A stretch of DNA of 62,873 nt, counting the filler, from Octopus bimaculoides (lineage: Eukaryota), in assembly GCF_001194135.2 (NCBI RefSeq). It is 6 parts of 5 records of this genome, joined end to end, with 100 filler letters (N's around TTAATTAATTAA, not from the genome) between each part and the next. Parts side by side here need not be neighbours in the genome. Positions count along the whole stretch, not along the records: positions 1 to 20,843 come from NC_068986.1; 5 more parts are not named here. One strand, given 5' to 3'. A program made the position numbers and the translations under genes. This document shows, piece after piece, positions 1-11,350 of the stretch; positions within the stretch are counted from its first letter, which is position 1; the number at the start of each line of letters is the position of its first letter. Under the pieces are notes generated by a model that was given only the letters and a program-made list of their open reading frames with translations, did no database searches and was not told the DNA's origin.

Positions 1-1944
1 ATAACATGTCACGCACAGCTTCCAAATTCTGTTTACTGGCTGGGTGAAATTTATCAAAATTTAAACCTCCAAAATTTCTTTAAAAATTTTTCTGGAAAAA
101 GTGAGACCTTCCAGAGATTCATCTTAGAAAAGTATATTAATGTACCAAATTATAAAATTTTCAATAAACTTTGAATTTTTTAAACTTAGCAGCCAAAACT
201 GAAAAAATCCCATATTTAAACAACTAAATATTTAAACACCTACTATTAATCAATAAATAAGAATCCGTCTCACACACACACAACAATATACAAAACATTT
301 CCAAAAAACAATACCAACATACATACATGGACACACATACACACATATACGCTCACACAGACAAAACAACACACACACAATTGGCCAAAACTATTGACCA
401 TATCATCTCAATAGAAAGAAGAAAAGGAAAAATGCTTTGGCAATATATTCCCAAAAGACACACACACACATACAGCTGGCCATACCCTACAACAAACACA
501 CACACACATACACATCCCCCACACAGAAAAGACAACACACATACACATATACACTTACACACAAACAATGCGAATGGAAAATAATTCCTACCAAATTCTC
601 TGAATGGCCATCCTCAAAAAATAAAAAAAAGTACTTAAGTACTAAACCATATTCTCTCAATAGAAAAAGAAAAAAAAAAAACAATACACAGTAGTCCCCC
701 GGTATTCGCGGGGGTTACGTTCCTAGAGCACCAGCGAATAACGAAAAACCCCGAATATTGGATGTGGTCCAGAAAAATGCCTATAAATGTCAAGACATAA
801 CTTAAAATATTATAAATATATATATGATATTTAATAATAATTTGATAAAAATTCAAGTAAAATGTACTGTTATTCACCAATAATGAATGATATTGATTTA
901 AGATGATAATGATGAAAATAATGAAGGTAATGACTGCATAACAAAGCAAATTTAAAGATCTTCAAGTGGCGCTTCTTCTTCAGGTGTTTTAGCATCCCCC
1001 TGTCCTTCTGTGTCTTAAATGCTGGGGGTTCAGGCTTCGTCCTTCATGATGTACCTTCTGGAAGGCATCTTCTTCCAGAACAAGCCAGTCTTGTCCCTAT
1101 TCAAATCTTCTCCGGCTTGTATCCCTTGTCCTCGATAATCTACCTGAAGGTCTCGAGGTACTTCTCAGCGGCATTTTTTGTCGGCTTATGATGTCTCTCC
1201 ATACAAGGAAACACTTCATTTTAAACCGTTTCTGGAAACAGTCAAGCCATCCTTTGTTGGTTTGAAAATCTTCGGGCTCTGGTGCTGTCAATGGTCTTGG
1301 TTGCGGTTCTTCGGTGTCTTCTGCTCCGTCTCCTCTGTTGAACTACTGTTATAATTTAATCGCTTTCTCACGGATAATGTTACCGTTCAAGGGGATGTTT
1401 TTCTTCTTGAAGTCACTTGCAGTCACTGATCCACAATACGAAGGCAGATTCCATCCTGACGTAGGGCTTATTTCTCACTATCGCCATCTTTTTGACACTT
1501 TCACAGAAACTTACTGCTACGGTGGTCCTGATCGCCAACTCGTTCTTCTTTATGTAGCGTATGGTGCTTTCGTTGACAACATAACAGCGACCTACTGCAG
1601 CATAACTTTTACCTCCCCGGGACATATCCAGCAGATGAGCCTTCTCATGGAGCGTCATAACCATTTTCTGGCGCCTAGGTTCACTGCCAGAAGTCTTAGA
1701 TGTGTAGGGCATTTGGGCGGCATCTTAGGGCTTTAATAACACGCTGCGAAAAACACAGCACTCAACAAATACTGGGGATAGCTACTAGACGCAGTTCTCC
1801 CCTCCTCCCCAAAAACCTACATAAAAACCTTCGTTGCTTCCAATATGCACATACCACCAATGGGAGATTAAGTAGAGATTTAAAATATTCATGATTTTGA
1901 AAAATTTAGTTTGTATTACCACTAGAAAATCTATACTATAATAA

Positions 1945-1997
1945 TGAGAGAGAGAGGGGGGGAGAGGGGGAGAGAGAGAGGGAGTGAGAGAGGGAGT

Positions 1998-2047
<50 letters not shown>

Positions 2048-2070
2048 AAGAGAGAGAGAGAAAGAGAGAG
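1945..2070. repeat. (GA)n microsatellite
   Basis: Direct reading of the sequence. Confidence 0.95.
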
Positions 2071-2262
2071 ACCAGCAGGTAACCTAATATCAATGAGGCT
2101 ATATTAGGTCACGAACTTAAAAATCATTCTGTTGAAATAAACATTGTGTATGATCAAATGTAGCGATGATTTTTAAAAAAAAAGGCGCTAGTAGTCGCTA
2201 TACTAATTAGCAAGCTTTGATTGAAAGCAGGAATAAGAGATAGAATGTACTTGTATCTAACA

Positions 2263-2826
2263 AGGATCTATTTTAAAACGGGGGCCACATTTTTCATTAA
2301 TGTTTTACGTAGTGTTTTTGGTACGGAAAGACTTTCAAACTTCGTATACTTATCTATTTTGTGTTATAGAACAGAAAAATATGTTTGTATTCGAATTTAT
2401 TTCATGTAAAAAATTGTCTTATTTCGATAATTTCAACCAATCACTGACAAGTATTCAGTTGTTTATATTTACTCCTTTGGCTGATTAAGCGATGTAAAGC
2501 GTATTTAATCTCCATACCTTCGTTTTATTTGCTTTTTTCATTTTAAATTTGCTTTAAACCCTAACCCTATGGTTAGGGTTACGGTTAATTGTTTCAGAAT
2601 CGTTTGTTTATGTAGTCGGCACTTAATGTATATCGGCTGAATGGACGTCAGTGATTGGTTGAAATTACAGAAATATGACAACTTTAACATGGAATAACTT
2701 ATGGATTTCTTTTTTTTTAAGAAGACTAAGAGAAAAAGATGTTTTATATGACACATTCTACCAGTGTTCCAAGTTTCAAAGTGTTTCGTTAATGAAAAAT
2801 GTGGCCCCCGTTTTAAAAAAGATCCT
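2263..2826. mobile_element. Non-autonomous foldback element/MITE nested in the Tigger element
   Basis: About 200-bp imperfect inverted arms (2263-~2470 vs ~2625-2826; AGGATCTATTTTAAAACGGGGGCCACATTTTTCATTAA vs its reverse complement). Direct repeat CTAACA at 2257-2262 and 2827-2832. Confidence 0.75.
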
Positions 2827-3402
2827 CTAACAAAAAATCAAGTGACATGGTGTGTGGCTATTCTAATCAGAGGGACCTTCAGCTGCGAAGGGACGTCCAG
2901 TAAACCGGCAAATACGGTATATTATCATTAATAGTTTAGCCTTAAAAAGTGTAAAAAAAATATATATTGCCAGGAAAAATGACATAAAATATCGCGGACA
3001 ATATTTACGATTCCGCGAATATGCAGTGGTTTCCGCGAACAATTATCAGTTCCGCGAATAACCGGGACCGCGAATGCCGAACTACGAATAAGCGGTGGTA
3101 CACTATTCCAAAAACACACATTCACACACTGCTGGTCACAACTTGAATAAAAGCTTCCTATTCAATTCAAAATACTTCTTTTCAGTAGAATTCCTGAAAC
3201 TTGAACTCCAACCCAAACCTACATAGACAAAACACATACAATAAAATGACTGAAGTAAAATTTCACTAAGAACATGGGTACAATTTGTTTAACCCCTAAT
3301 TTTTTCCTTTTTGACTCATAAAAATGTTTTTTTTTTTTAATATCTGATAAGATGGATACATCGAAACCGGTTATATTTTAAATCACTCACTGTAACGAAG
3401 AT

Positions 3403-3615
3403 ATTTTCTACTCTAGGCACAAGGCCCAAAATCTTGGAGGAGGGGGATAGTTGATTAGATGGACCCCAGTACGCAACTGATGCTTAATTTATCGACCCCG
3501 AAAAGATGAAAGGGAAGACAACCTCGGCGGAATTTGAACTCAGAACGTAAAGACAGACGGAATACTGATAAGCCTTTCCCCCGGTATGCAAACGTTTCTG
3601 CCAGCTCGCCGCCTT
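3403..3615 (-). mobile_element. SINE family A (tRNA-like head GGCGAGCTGGCAGAA, Nin/Deu-like central domain)
   Basis: Reverse complement gives GGCGAGCTGGCAGAAACG...GAGTTCAAATTCCGCCGAGG...CATCTTTTCGGGGTCGATAAA...GGCCTTGTGCCTAGAGTAGAAAA. A/B-box-like motifs are present and the sequence recurs many times in the window. Confidence 0.85.
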
Positions 3616-3689
3616 ACTGTAACAAAGATACTAAGCATGCTCTAAAATATAATTTTGTGCCTTTTCCAGCTTTATGTACTTCTTTTAAC

Positions 3690-4033
3690 TATATATATAT
3701 TTTAGACTGCAGCAATGGCGGGGCACCACCTTGAAGAATTTTAGTCGAATGGATCGACCCCAGTACTTTCTTTTTAAGCCTGATACTTAATCACTGTTAA
3801 TTTGCCAAACCGCTAAGTTACGGGGACGCAAACACACCAACACCGGTTATGAAGCGGTGGTGAGAACAAGCACAGACACACAGGCACACGCACATACGTA
3901 CGACAGGCTTCTTTCAGTTTCCGTCTACCAAAGCTACTCAGGCTTTGGCTGGACCGAAGCTATAGTAGAAGAAACTGAACACGGAACCTTGTGGTTGGGA
4001 AGCAAACTTCTTACCATATGGCCACTCTGCGCC
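3690..4033 (-). mobile_element. SINE family B (tRNA-like head GGCGCAGGAGTGGCTGTGTGG, CORE-like CCTTGGGCAAG in fuller copies, internal microsatellite)
   Basis: Matches the other copies in the window (…CTTCTTTCAGTTTCCGTCTACCAAA…, …CCGCTAAGTTACGGGGACGCAAACACACC…). Internally deleted. Confidence 0.85.
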
Positions 4034-4239
4034 TATATATATATATATATATATATNNNNNNNNNNNNNNNNNNNNNNNNNNNNNNNNNNNNNNNNNNNN
4101 NNNNNNNNNNNNNNNNNNNNNNNNNNNNNNNNNNNNNNNNNNNNNNNNNNNNNNNNNNNNNNNNNNNNNNNNNNNNNNNNNNNNNNNNNNNNNNNNNNNN
4201 NNNNNNNNNNNNNNNNNNNNNNNNNNNNNNNNNNNNNNN

Positions 4240-4294
<55 letters not shown>

Positions 4295-4803
4295 AATAAA
4301 TTATGCTAAATGAGACTTTGATGAAAACAACAAGCATTAAAATCCTAATGTTGATAAATTATAGGTCACATATATTTATAATTCTCAACGTAAATGAAAT
4401 TAAATATCTTTTTCTTCAAAGAATGGAAACCAGATCATTGCTTTGCTGGTCAAGATACTGCTTCTTGCTCTGAACACCCATATTATGGTAATAATGTTTT
4501 GTGTTTTGGTTGCAGGTAAAGGCGTCCTTACATTTAACTGAATGGAAAAAATGAGCTGTTGTGACATCTATATCTTCTCATGAGTATCAGATAAACGATA
4601 TAGCTTGTATGAGGAATGAATGAAAATCTATATTTCAGACTTGAACATTTTATCATACAGCAATGATAAGTTCATTTCGAGCGAAACAGTACATACAATA
4701 CTGGTGTATCAAATCTAACCTCATGAATATTTACTTTCAAAAGGGTTTCATGCTGAAATTGACAAATGCAGAATGGATAAGACATATCGCATTATAATTT
4801 ATT

Positions 4804-5003
4804 GGTTTCAAATTGTGGCACAAGATCGGCAATTTCAGGGAGGATGCTGGTCAATGATATTGACCCCATTGCTCTAATGGTACTTGTTTTTTCGACCCCG
4901 AAAGGATGAAAGGCAAAGTGACCCCGGCGGTATTTGAAGTCAGAAGGTTAAGTTGTATGAAATGCTGCTAAGCATTTTTCCGGTCCAGTAACGATTCTGC
5001 CAG
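4804..5003 (-). mobile_element. SINE family A copy (older)
   Basis: CGACCCCGAAAGGATGAAAGGCAAAGT core and a degenerate head. Confidence 0.8.
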
Positions 5004-5199
5004 TTATTAAATTTATTACACCGTGGTTTCAAATTTGTTGCAATGTACCAATGAACATTGTCAGTAATTAATGAGTTGTAAATTTAAATAACCGATTATA
5101 GTTTTACTTTGTCATTTTAAACGTGATTTTGTCACTGTTGCTTTAATGTGTTGCTAACTATTTTCAGTTTCATTTCGGACTTCATAATAAAGTTCATTT

Positions 5200-5930
5200 A
5201 AATAAAATGGCAAAACTTACGTTCAATCTATAAACTTGTTACTCAGAACAGAAACTCATTAGGAAACACAGCGTAGATCTACAAGAGAACAAGCAACAAG
5301 CCCACAACAAACTTATAAAAATAAACAGATTAGACAGGGAACAGAGCACTGTACACCAGCAACAGGACATAAGAGATACACAATCTAACACTGAAAATCT
5401 TCAGTGGAATATAGACAATGTATAATAAACAAAGAAAATTAGATTGGCGGACTTTGAGCGACCTAAAACTGAACATAAATATACTTATTTCAAATTATAG
5501 ATCAGAATACAACAGCACTATCAAACTTCTAACACAACTATCATACAACATGTCATTCTTACAAAAAACAATTTATTTTGAATAGAAAGAACTAGGCCTT
5601 AAGCAGCTTATGAATCAGAAGAGAAAAAGGTGTACATCATATCGAGGTTTCTAAAGCCGAATAAAACAAACTTACAGAAAGAATATAACATGTCAATAAC
5701 TACCTATAAATTAGTGCACAACATAAATTTGTTTTGCTATCAACTGATATGGTTATGGTTTATAATAAAGTATGTCACGTAAGAAAAAAAATATCAGGAG
5801 CTGATTGTGCCGGGTAAATGATGATACTGATGATGGTGGTGTCTGTATGGCTCCTAAGAAAGACTTTTGAGATTTGAGGAGACTTGTCACCAAACTTCAA
5901 GACATCCCTGCTAACTAAAATAACATGAAA
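5200..5930 (+). mobile_element. Possible highly decayed non-LTR retrotransposon fragment (R4-like N-terminal region?)
   Basis: A-rich coding-like strand with a remnant IRLADFERPKL and a 3' junction at an (AAT)n tract. No diagnostic motif. Confidence 0.25.
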
Positions 5931-5963
5931 TAATAATAATAATAATAATAACAATAATAATAA

Positions 5964-6348
5964 TTTCTACTGGAGGCACAAGGCTTCAAATTTGTGGGGA
6001 GAGGACTAGTCGATTGCATCGACTCCAGTGTTTCACTAGTATTTGATTTATCGGCCCCGGAAAGATGAAAGGCAAAATCGAACTCGGCGGAATTTGAACT
6101 CAGAACGTAAAGACGAGTGAAATGCCACTAAGCATTTTGGCTGGCGCTCTAACGATTTCTGCCAGCTCACCGCCTTAATAATAATAATAATGATAATAAT
6201 AATAGTGGTTTCAAATTTTGCCACAAGGGCAGCCATTTTGTGGAAGGGGTAAGTCGATTACCCCAGTGTTTTACTGGTACTTAATTTACCGACTCCAAAA
6301 AGATGAAAGGCAAAGTCGACCTCGGCGGAACTCAGAACGTAGAGACGG
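5964..6348 (-). mobile_element. Two adjacent SINE family A copies (5964-6176 near full length; 6204-6348 truncated)
   Basis: Both carry the GATGAAAGGCAAA..GA(A/C)CTCGGCGGAA..CTCAGAACGT core and are separated by (AAT)n. Confidence 0.85.
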
Positions 6349-7049
6349 GACTATGACGGTGACAATGACCATGGTGATAATGATGAGGAGGAGAAGGAGG
6401 AAGAAGATGATGGTGAAGATGATGCTGATCAGCAAATAAATGGGTAAAGGTGAAAATAAACTGTGTATGCGCGTGTGAAAGCTGTTCGAACGAGAATGAA
6501 AACTGATGCACCAAAAGCACATTTGTAAAGTCAACCATAAAATATTGTGAAACTGGACCTAAAATTCATAAACTATAACAACTTAGAAAGTTTATATAAA
6601 AATGTTGAAGAAATGTTGTTCTATAATTCTATGAATATAATAACGTACAGGAAAGAGCTGAAGCGATTTGAAAAGTTATGGATTCACGCTGATCTAGCTA
6701 GTGAATTATAAAAGGAGTGAGTTAGAAACAACGAATGAGTTTATTATCTCATTTGTAATTGACACAACCTAAGTTGTACACAATCATTTCTGTAGAGAGT
6801 TTGATAAATTACCAATAAGGATTGATAGAGGCACGTTTTAGAAAGTTTGTCAGAAAATTATACAGCACTTGTTAACCTTGAACATTTTCGATTACCGTGT
6901 AGACCTTTATGCATGCTTTCCATATTGTACATAAATCTTGTTTAATGAAATGTAATTCTCGGTGTATTTTATAAAATATCAATAATATGAAAACAACAAT
7001 AGTAATAATGGTTAAGGTAAACTAGCTGGATATTGTTAGCAAAGGCCTT

Positions 7050-7360
7050 ATAAGCCATCAACTAGATATTGTTAAGAATTCTCAGGTGGAAAATGTCTCA
7101 GTCTTAAATATGTTTTAACTGACGATAGCACATCTAAAAAAGAAGTCGAGAAATTATCCAGATTTGGAAATAGAGACAACTTAAATGCTGGACTTCAGTA
7201 CGGAGAAGCAAGACCTATGACAATTGGAAATGATTAAATTAGATGCAGAAAAATACATATTCACAAATGAAGAAAATGTTGTAATACAAGTATTACGTAA
7301 GATACTTCCAATATGACAGGAAACACTGCATAAAGCATAAGTGTGCAGTTAAAACACACA
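7050..7360 (+). mobile_element. R4/Dong-like non-LTR retrotransposon, decayed 3' REL-endonuclease end
   Basis: Remnants HQLDIV…KKEVEKLS(R)…LEIETT…LEMIKLDAEKYI resemble the C-terminal HNRPDIV…KE.EKL.KY.DLEIE…LG.I pattern. Many stops and frameshifts. Confidence 0.5.
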
Positions 7361-7519
7361 ATAGATTATTTTTATTGGACGGGCAATAAGAACTGATGAT
7401 TTCTAGATAGACGTACTGTATATTTGATCAACTCCACACTATTAGTGATGCTTATTTTACTTGTTACATTATAGCATTTATTTCTTGAATAATGATAACA
7501 ACAATAACGATAATAATAC

Positions 7520-7690
7520 TTTCTAAATACGCGCAAGGCCTGGAATTTTAGAGAAGAGGGCTCGTCGATTATATCGACCCCATTTCTCAACTAGTACTAA
7601 TTTCATCCATTCCAAAGGGTTATAGATGAAATGAGTGCCAGTCGATCACTGAGGTTGATATTTCATCGTCCTTGAAAGGATGAAATATAA
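7520..7690 (-). mobile_element. SINE family A 3' part, degenerate
   Basis: CTTTCTAAATACGCGCAAGGCCTGGAATTT…GTCGATTATATCGACCCC…CTAGTACTAATTTC. Confidence 0.65.
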
Positions 7691-7739
7691 ACATTTAGCC
7701 TCAACAGAAGTTGCTGGAAAAATTAGGTGGTGTAGGCTG

Positions 7740-8045
7740 ATGAAAGGAACCCTAAAAAAAAGAGACCAAGAGCACTATACTGGCAGCGCAATACCAAGCT
7801 TTGGCCACGAACTGGAGAGTCAAACTTAGGAATGAGCAAGTGTCTCCGCTGTGCCACATTTGCCAATTGAGTGGATGAAACTATTGCCCATATCACGAAC
7901 GAATGCCCTAGACTTACCCAAAACTATTACAAGTTGTGGCGACATTATCTGGCAGCAAAAGTGCCACATTGGAAACTGTGCGAAAAGTGGGGACTAGAAA
8001 GAAGCAAGACGTGGTATGAGTAGAAACCGCAGAGTGGTGGGGTCA
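7740..8045 (+). mobile_element. R4/Dong-like LINE fragment (pre-zinc-knuckle and CCHC region)
   Basis: Translation with a frameshift: KKETKSTILAAQYQALATNWRVKL…PLCHICQ…DETIAHITNECPRLTQNYYKLWRHYLAA…HWKLCEKWGLERSKTWYE, the KETE…AAQDQAL…CxxC…ETxxHxxxxC…RH…HW.LC signature. Confidence 0.8.
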
Positions 8046-8048
8046 CTG

Positions 8049-8084
<36 letters not shown>

Positions 8085-8694
8085 GGACGGTTTTTGGCAT
8101 CTAAAGTTACTCGTGGTAGCCTGATGTTAGGAATTTCTTTCTTTTCCAGCAGTCTAATTTGTAGTGCGTATATGAATAATAATAATAATAATAATAATGA
8201 CGGTGATGATGCTGACAAGGATAGTGATGAGAAAAAGTAGAGGAGAACACTACTGTTGTTGGTGATGTTGATGATGATAAAGATGCGTTCTAATATAAAA
8301 TCTCTGTCATTGATAGAAAAGGATGTTTCAAACGCAAAACTGTTTTCATAATCCAGCCGGTTGCTTCAGTTAATGTAGAAGGTAATATTTGATTAGAGTT
8401 CCTTAACTGGAGTTTTTATAATGTAGTCATTAAAACCATTTCAAAAGGTTTCTAATTCGACTAATTCCACGTAAAAAGAAAAAAAAAAAACTTCCTTAGT
8501 TTATGTTAATTTCTTTCTTAATAAAAATGCAGAGTAAAGAAAATTTTGCTGATTATCGATTATAAATAATAATAGTTCTTGAAATAGCCATTAGCATAAC
8601 TAGAAAATTAGAACCAAACAAAGAAGAAAAATATATATAACGTTTTTAAGTCAGATTTTGTTAATGGAGAAATCACTGAGTGTAATGGATTACA

Positions 8695-9020
8695 TTAGGA
8701 AAAGATACTTGAGAAAAGAGAAAATAAGACAACAAATAAACACAGAAAATGAGGATAAATGGAGGATGTGTCAACTGAAGGATTTGTGAGAACGATTATA
8801 GTTTGGTTTGTGCATAGTTTCCGGCAGTGTCTTAACATGCTATTATATTGCTGTTTGATATTCCTATAGAGTGTCAAATGTTTTCTACGGTTTTTATTTG
8901 TATGTCCAGAGACAGTGATTATATCATTACTGGAACTGTTATACACTTGATCTTTAACTAAAGCAGGTAATAATTTCATTTGAAGCAGAACTTGATTGAC
9001 GACACCTACACATAATTCAA
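8695..9020 (-). CDS. Candidate terminal coding exon of an unidentified host gene; product ends in a hydrophobic GPI-signal-like or membrane-anchor tail
   Basis: Two in-phase (phase 1) acceptors, GTTTTAG|TTGAA at 9020 and TGTGTAG|GTGTC at 9005. Open frame (L)ELCVGVVNQVLLQMKLLPALVKDQVYNSSSND…MLRHCRKLCTNQTIIVLTNPSVDTSSIYPHFLCLFVVLFSLFSSIFS* lies in unique, non-repeat sequence. Confidence 0.45.
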
Positions 9021-9677
9021 CTAAAACTAAAACTTTGATTGAATAATTTGAAATAGTTTTTTCTAAAATAAAAATAAACCCCGAGAAATTTACGTTAATA
9101 ACAAACTTACCAAATCGTAACCTACAGAAACTTAAAAATACTATTTTTTCTTTTACTCTCGCTTTTATTATTTTTTTCTAATCCTCCTTCAGTCATGTAA
9201 CACATAATTTCAGACAATTAACACTGCTTGTTTCCAAACATCAATTTTAAACTTGATTTAGCAGGAATACTAAACATAATAAAATCTGATTATTCTAGTC
9301 ACGATATAAAATATGTAACAACGGTTTTATCCACGTTTCTACATTAAACTAAAACATACCACTGTCTTCTTAACAGTAAGTTCGAAGTGAAGCCTAATAC
9401 TATATTAATTAGGAAATATCGAAACAATACCTGGTTCATGCTCTCCAAGTAGACGTTGTTTATCCCAGGTCAGCCCTGATACAGAAGACCTATGACTAAA
9501 AACGTTACATCAGTGATTCTGCAGTCTTTTATTCTGGTATAATGTATCTAAGCCTACGGTTATTCCACGAATAATTTATTTTTATGGCGTCAGAATGTTA
9601 CTGGCAGTATATTTGATTGCTATTTCAAGCTGGTCACTCGACGGCGTAGAGACTTCCGTATAAATTCGTATTCTTAC

Positions 9678-9788
9678 GGTGAAGTCCTGAGATGATCCGG
9701 TAGCCAGCAATTGTGGAATAAATCAGATTAGCCTTATTTAGACAATTTGAGGAATATTTGAGAAATTGACATAGGTAGTCAAACGTGA
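9678..9788 (-). CDS. Candidate internal coding exon (111 bp, phase 1-1) spliced to the terminal exon
   Basis: Acceptor ACAAACAG|TC (weak) and donor CACC|GTAAGA. Frame VTFDYLCQFLKYSSNCLNKANLIYSTIAGYRIISGLH. The phase matches the downstream acceptors. Confidence 0.35.
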
Positions 9789-10249
9789 CTGTTTGTACAA
9801 TGCTTCACTTGTAATGAACATTTTCAGGAAGTGTATATCTTATGTTACTTCAATATACATAACTCGTAAGCACTTTCAAATATAAAGGAAAGCAAGTAAC
9901 AATTTGATCAAAAGCACACAATGTTTGTATATTGATCAAATAACTTTAATTTTAGAATTGCTACGAAAAAATGTTTTGCAAAGCATTATTAAATTTGGAA
10001 AACGAAAAATGCACAAACTTGAAAATGCCTCTATTTTTGGTATCTGAAAGCAAAAGACCATCACTTTACATAAAGTGGTATTCTGTGTTGAAAAACCTCC
10101 AGATCAGATAGAAATGGGGTGGTTAGGGTAGGAAATTATCAAAATAACCCTCGTTGAAGTTTAGCATCTGAATACCAAAATTCAGACACTGAACTGACTT
10201 GCGGATATATCTTCATCTTGTAATCGACTCCAGTTAATAAATGAAGTAA

Positions 10250-11350
10250 AATTTCATATGAACAGCTTCCGCAAGCCGCATCACAATGTCTCGAAAGAAA
10301 ACTTAAATGTTCTATACTCGAGTAAATTTTCGAACCTTTTTCTCTGTTTTAGCAATGAGAGAAGTGTAAATGTATCGCCAGAAATAACCATCACCTTGTT
10401 GGTGAAGGACATCGTGTCCAATACAGAGGAGGAGGAGACAACAATCCTAGAGGCGATGAAAATACCAAAGCGAAGCTGGCCATGAGTAGTTATGGAACTG
10501 ACAATACAAGCAAATAAAGACAAGAATGAAAACATACTTGACCTGATCAACTTCCCGCACGGCGTTCAGCTATCTATGACAGAGGAGTGGGGAAAGCCAA
10601 GATGTTACATATACAGAAGTTTGACCCTGTCTCCAAAGAGTCAAAAAAGAAAAAAAGACCCCACTTTTACCAACACCACAAATACAGCACCTACAACCCT
10701 TACAGCAGGTAAACATACCAGAAGCAACAGCCAGAGACTGCAACAATAGAAGGAGAGGCTCCAAACACACCAGCGACAATATCAACAACAGAGTTCCCCA
10801 ACACTATACCACAGGGAAATACCCTTCCCACTTAGGATCCCTCCGATATGTCTTGCGGTGAAGGTGAAGAGAAAGAATATTGGAAAACCGTTCCCGTAAG
10901 AAGAAAAAGGAAAAGAAAACATGAAATTAATTCATACACGCAAAACGCTGGCTGGAGAAAGCTAAAAGCAACATGTCCTACAGCAGCATCAACACAAACT
11001 CCACTACGTCCACCACTACCATCAGCAGACATGTCATCACCATAAACACGACCAATTACACAAACATCACACCAAGAACAAGCACAACCAAATTTACACT
11101 CACACCAACGACTAGAACAGCGTCTGCAAAGCGAACAGAATACATCGACTATACAGCTCTGTGACAAACACTAATGAATTAATAGAATATGTACATCAAA
11201 CATTCAAACATTGCGAACAATGGCTGTATGGCACCACTTTATAACATACCAACTTACACTTAAATTCTAAAAAACAGTTCAAGAAATGTATCATAAACAG
11301 ATCAGCAACAGGAATTTGCTTGCAATGTAAGAGACCAACTTCCAACGACA
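10250..11350 (+). mobile_element. Decayed LINE 5' region: ORF1 with a degenerate zinc knuckle, then the start of an APE endonuclease
   Basis: GKPRCYIYRSLTLSPK resembles a decayed CxxCxxxxHxxxxC knuckle and is followed by a T/N-rich linker. INRICTSNIQTLRT (about 11175-11220) resembles the APE start motif xI.TWNxxTL. Confidence 0.5.

Larger units (their letters stand above)
689..3105 (-). mobile_element. Tigger/pogo-family DNA transposon (Tigger7/MER44-like ends), internally deleted, transposase pseudogenised
   Basis: The left end CAGTAGTCCCCCGGTATTCGCGGGGG at 689 is matched loosely by the right end (minus strand TAGTGTACCACCGCTTATTCG followed by repeated TTCGCGG, about 2990-3105). Minus-strand remnants: N-terminal HTH RRQKMVMTLHEKAHLLDM..GKSYAAVGRCYVVNESTIRYIKKNE (1413-1712), CENP-B-type HTH FQTNKGWLDCFQKRF (about 1220-1290) and the DDE start NRDKTGLFWKKMPSRRYIMKDE (about 1035-1100), with frameshifts. 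Confidence 0.85.

Noticed and set aside
1-688. Marked G depletion on the plus strand
   Set aside because: Explained by CA-rich low-complexity sequence; there is no reference to support hypermutation or conversion.
3403-3615. tRNA-like A/B boxes
   Set aside because: They belong to SINE heads, with no complete cloverleaf; not annotated as tRNA genes.
8695-9020. Assignment of the terminal exon to glypican or RGM
   Set aside because: The resemblance is superficial (VVNQ…LK; FD..C..L.Y..C). The diagnostic CWNG/SG cluster and the vWD domain are absent.
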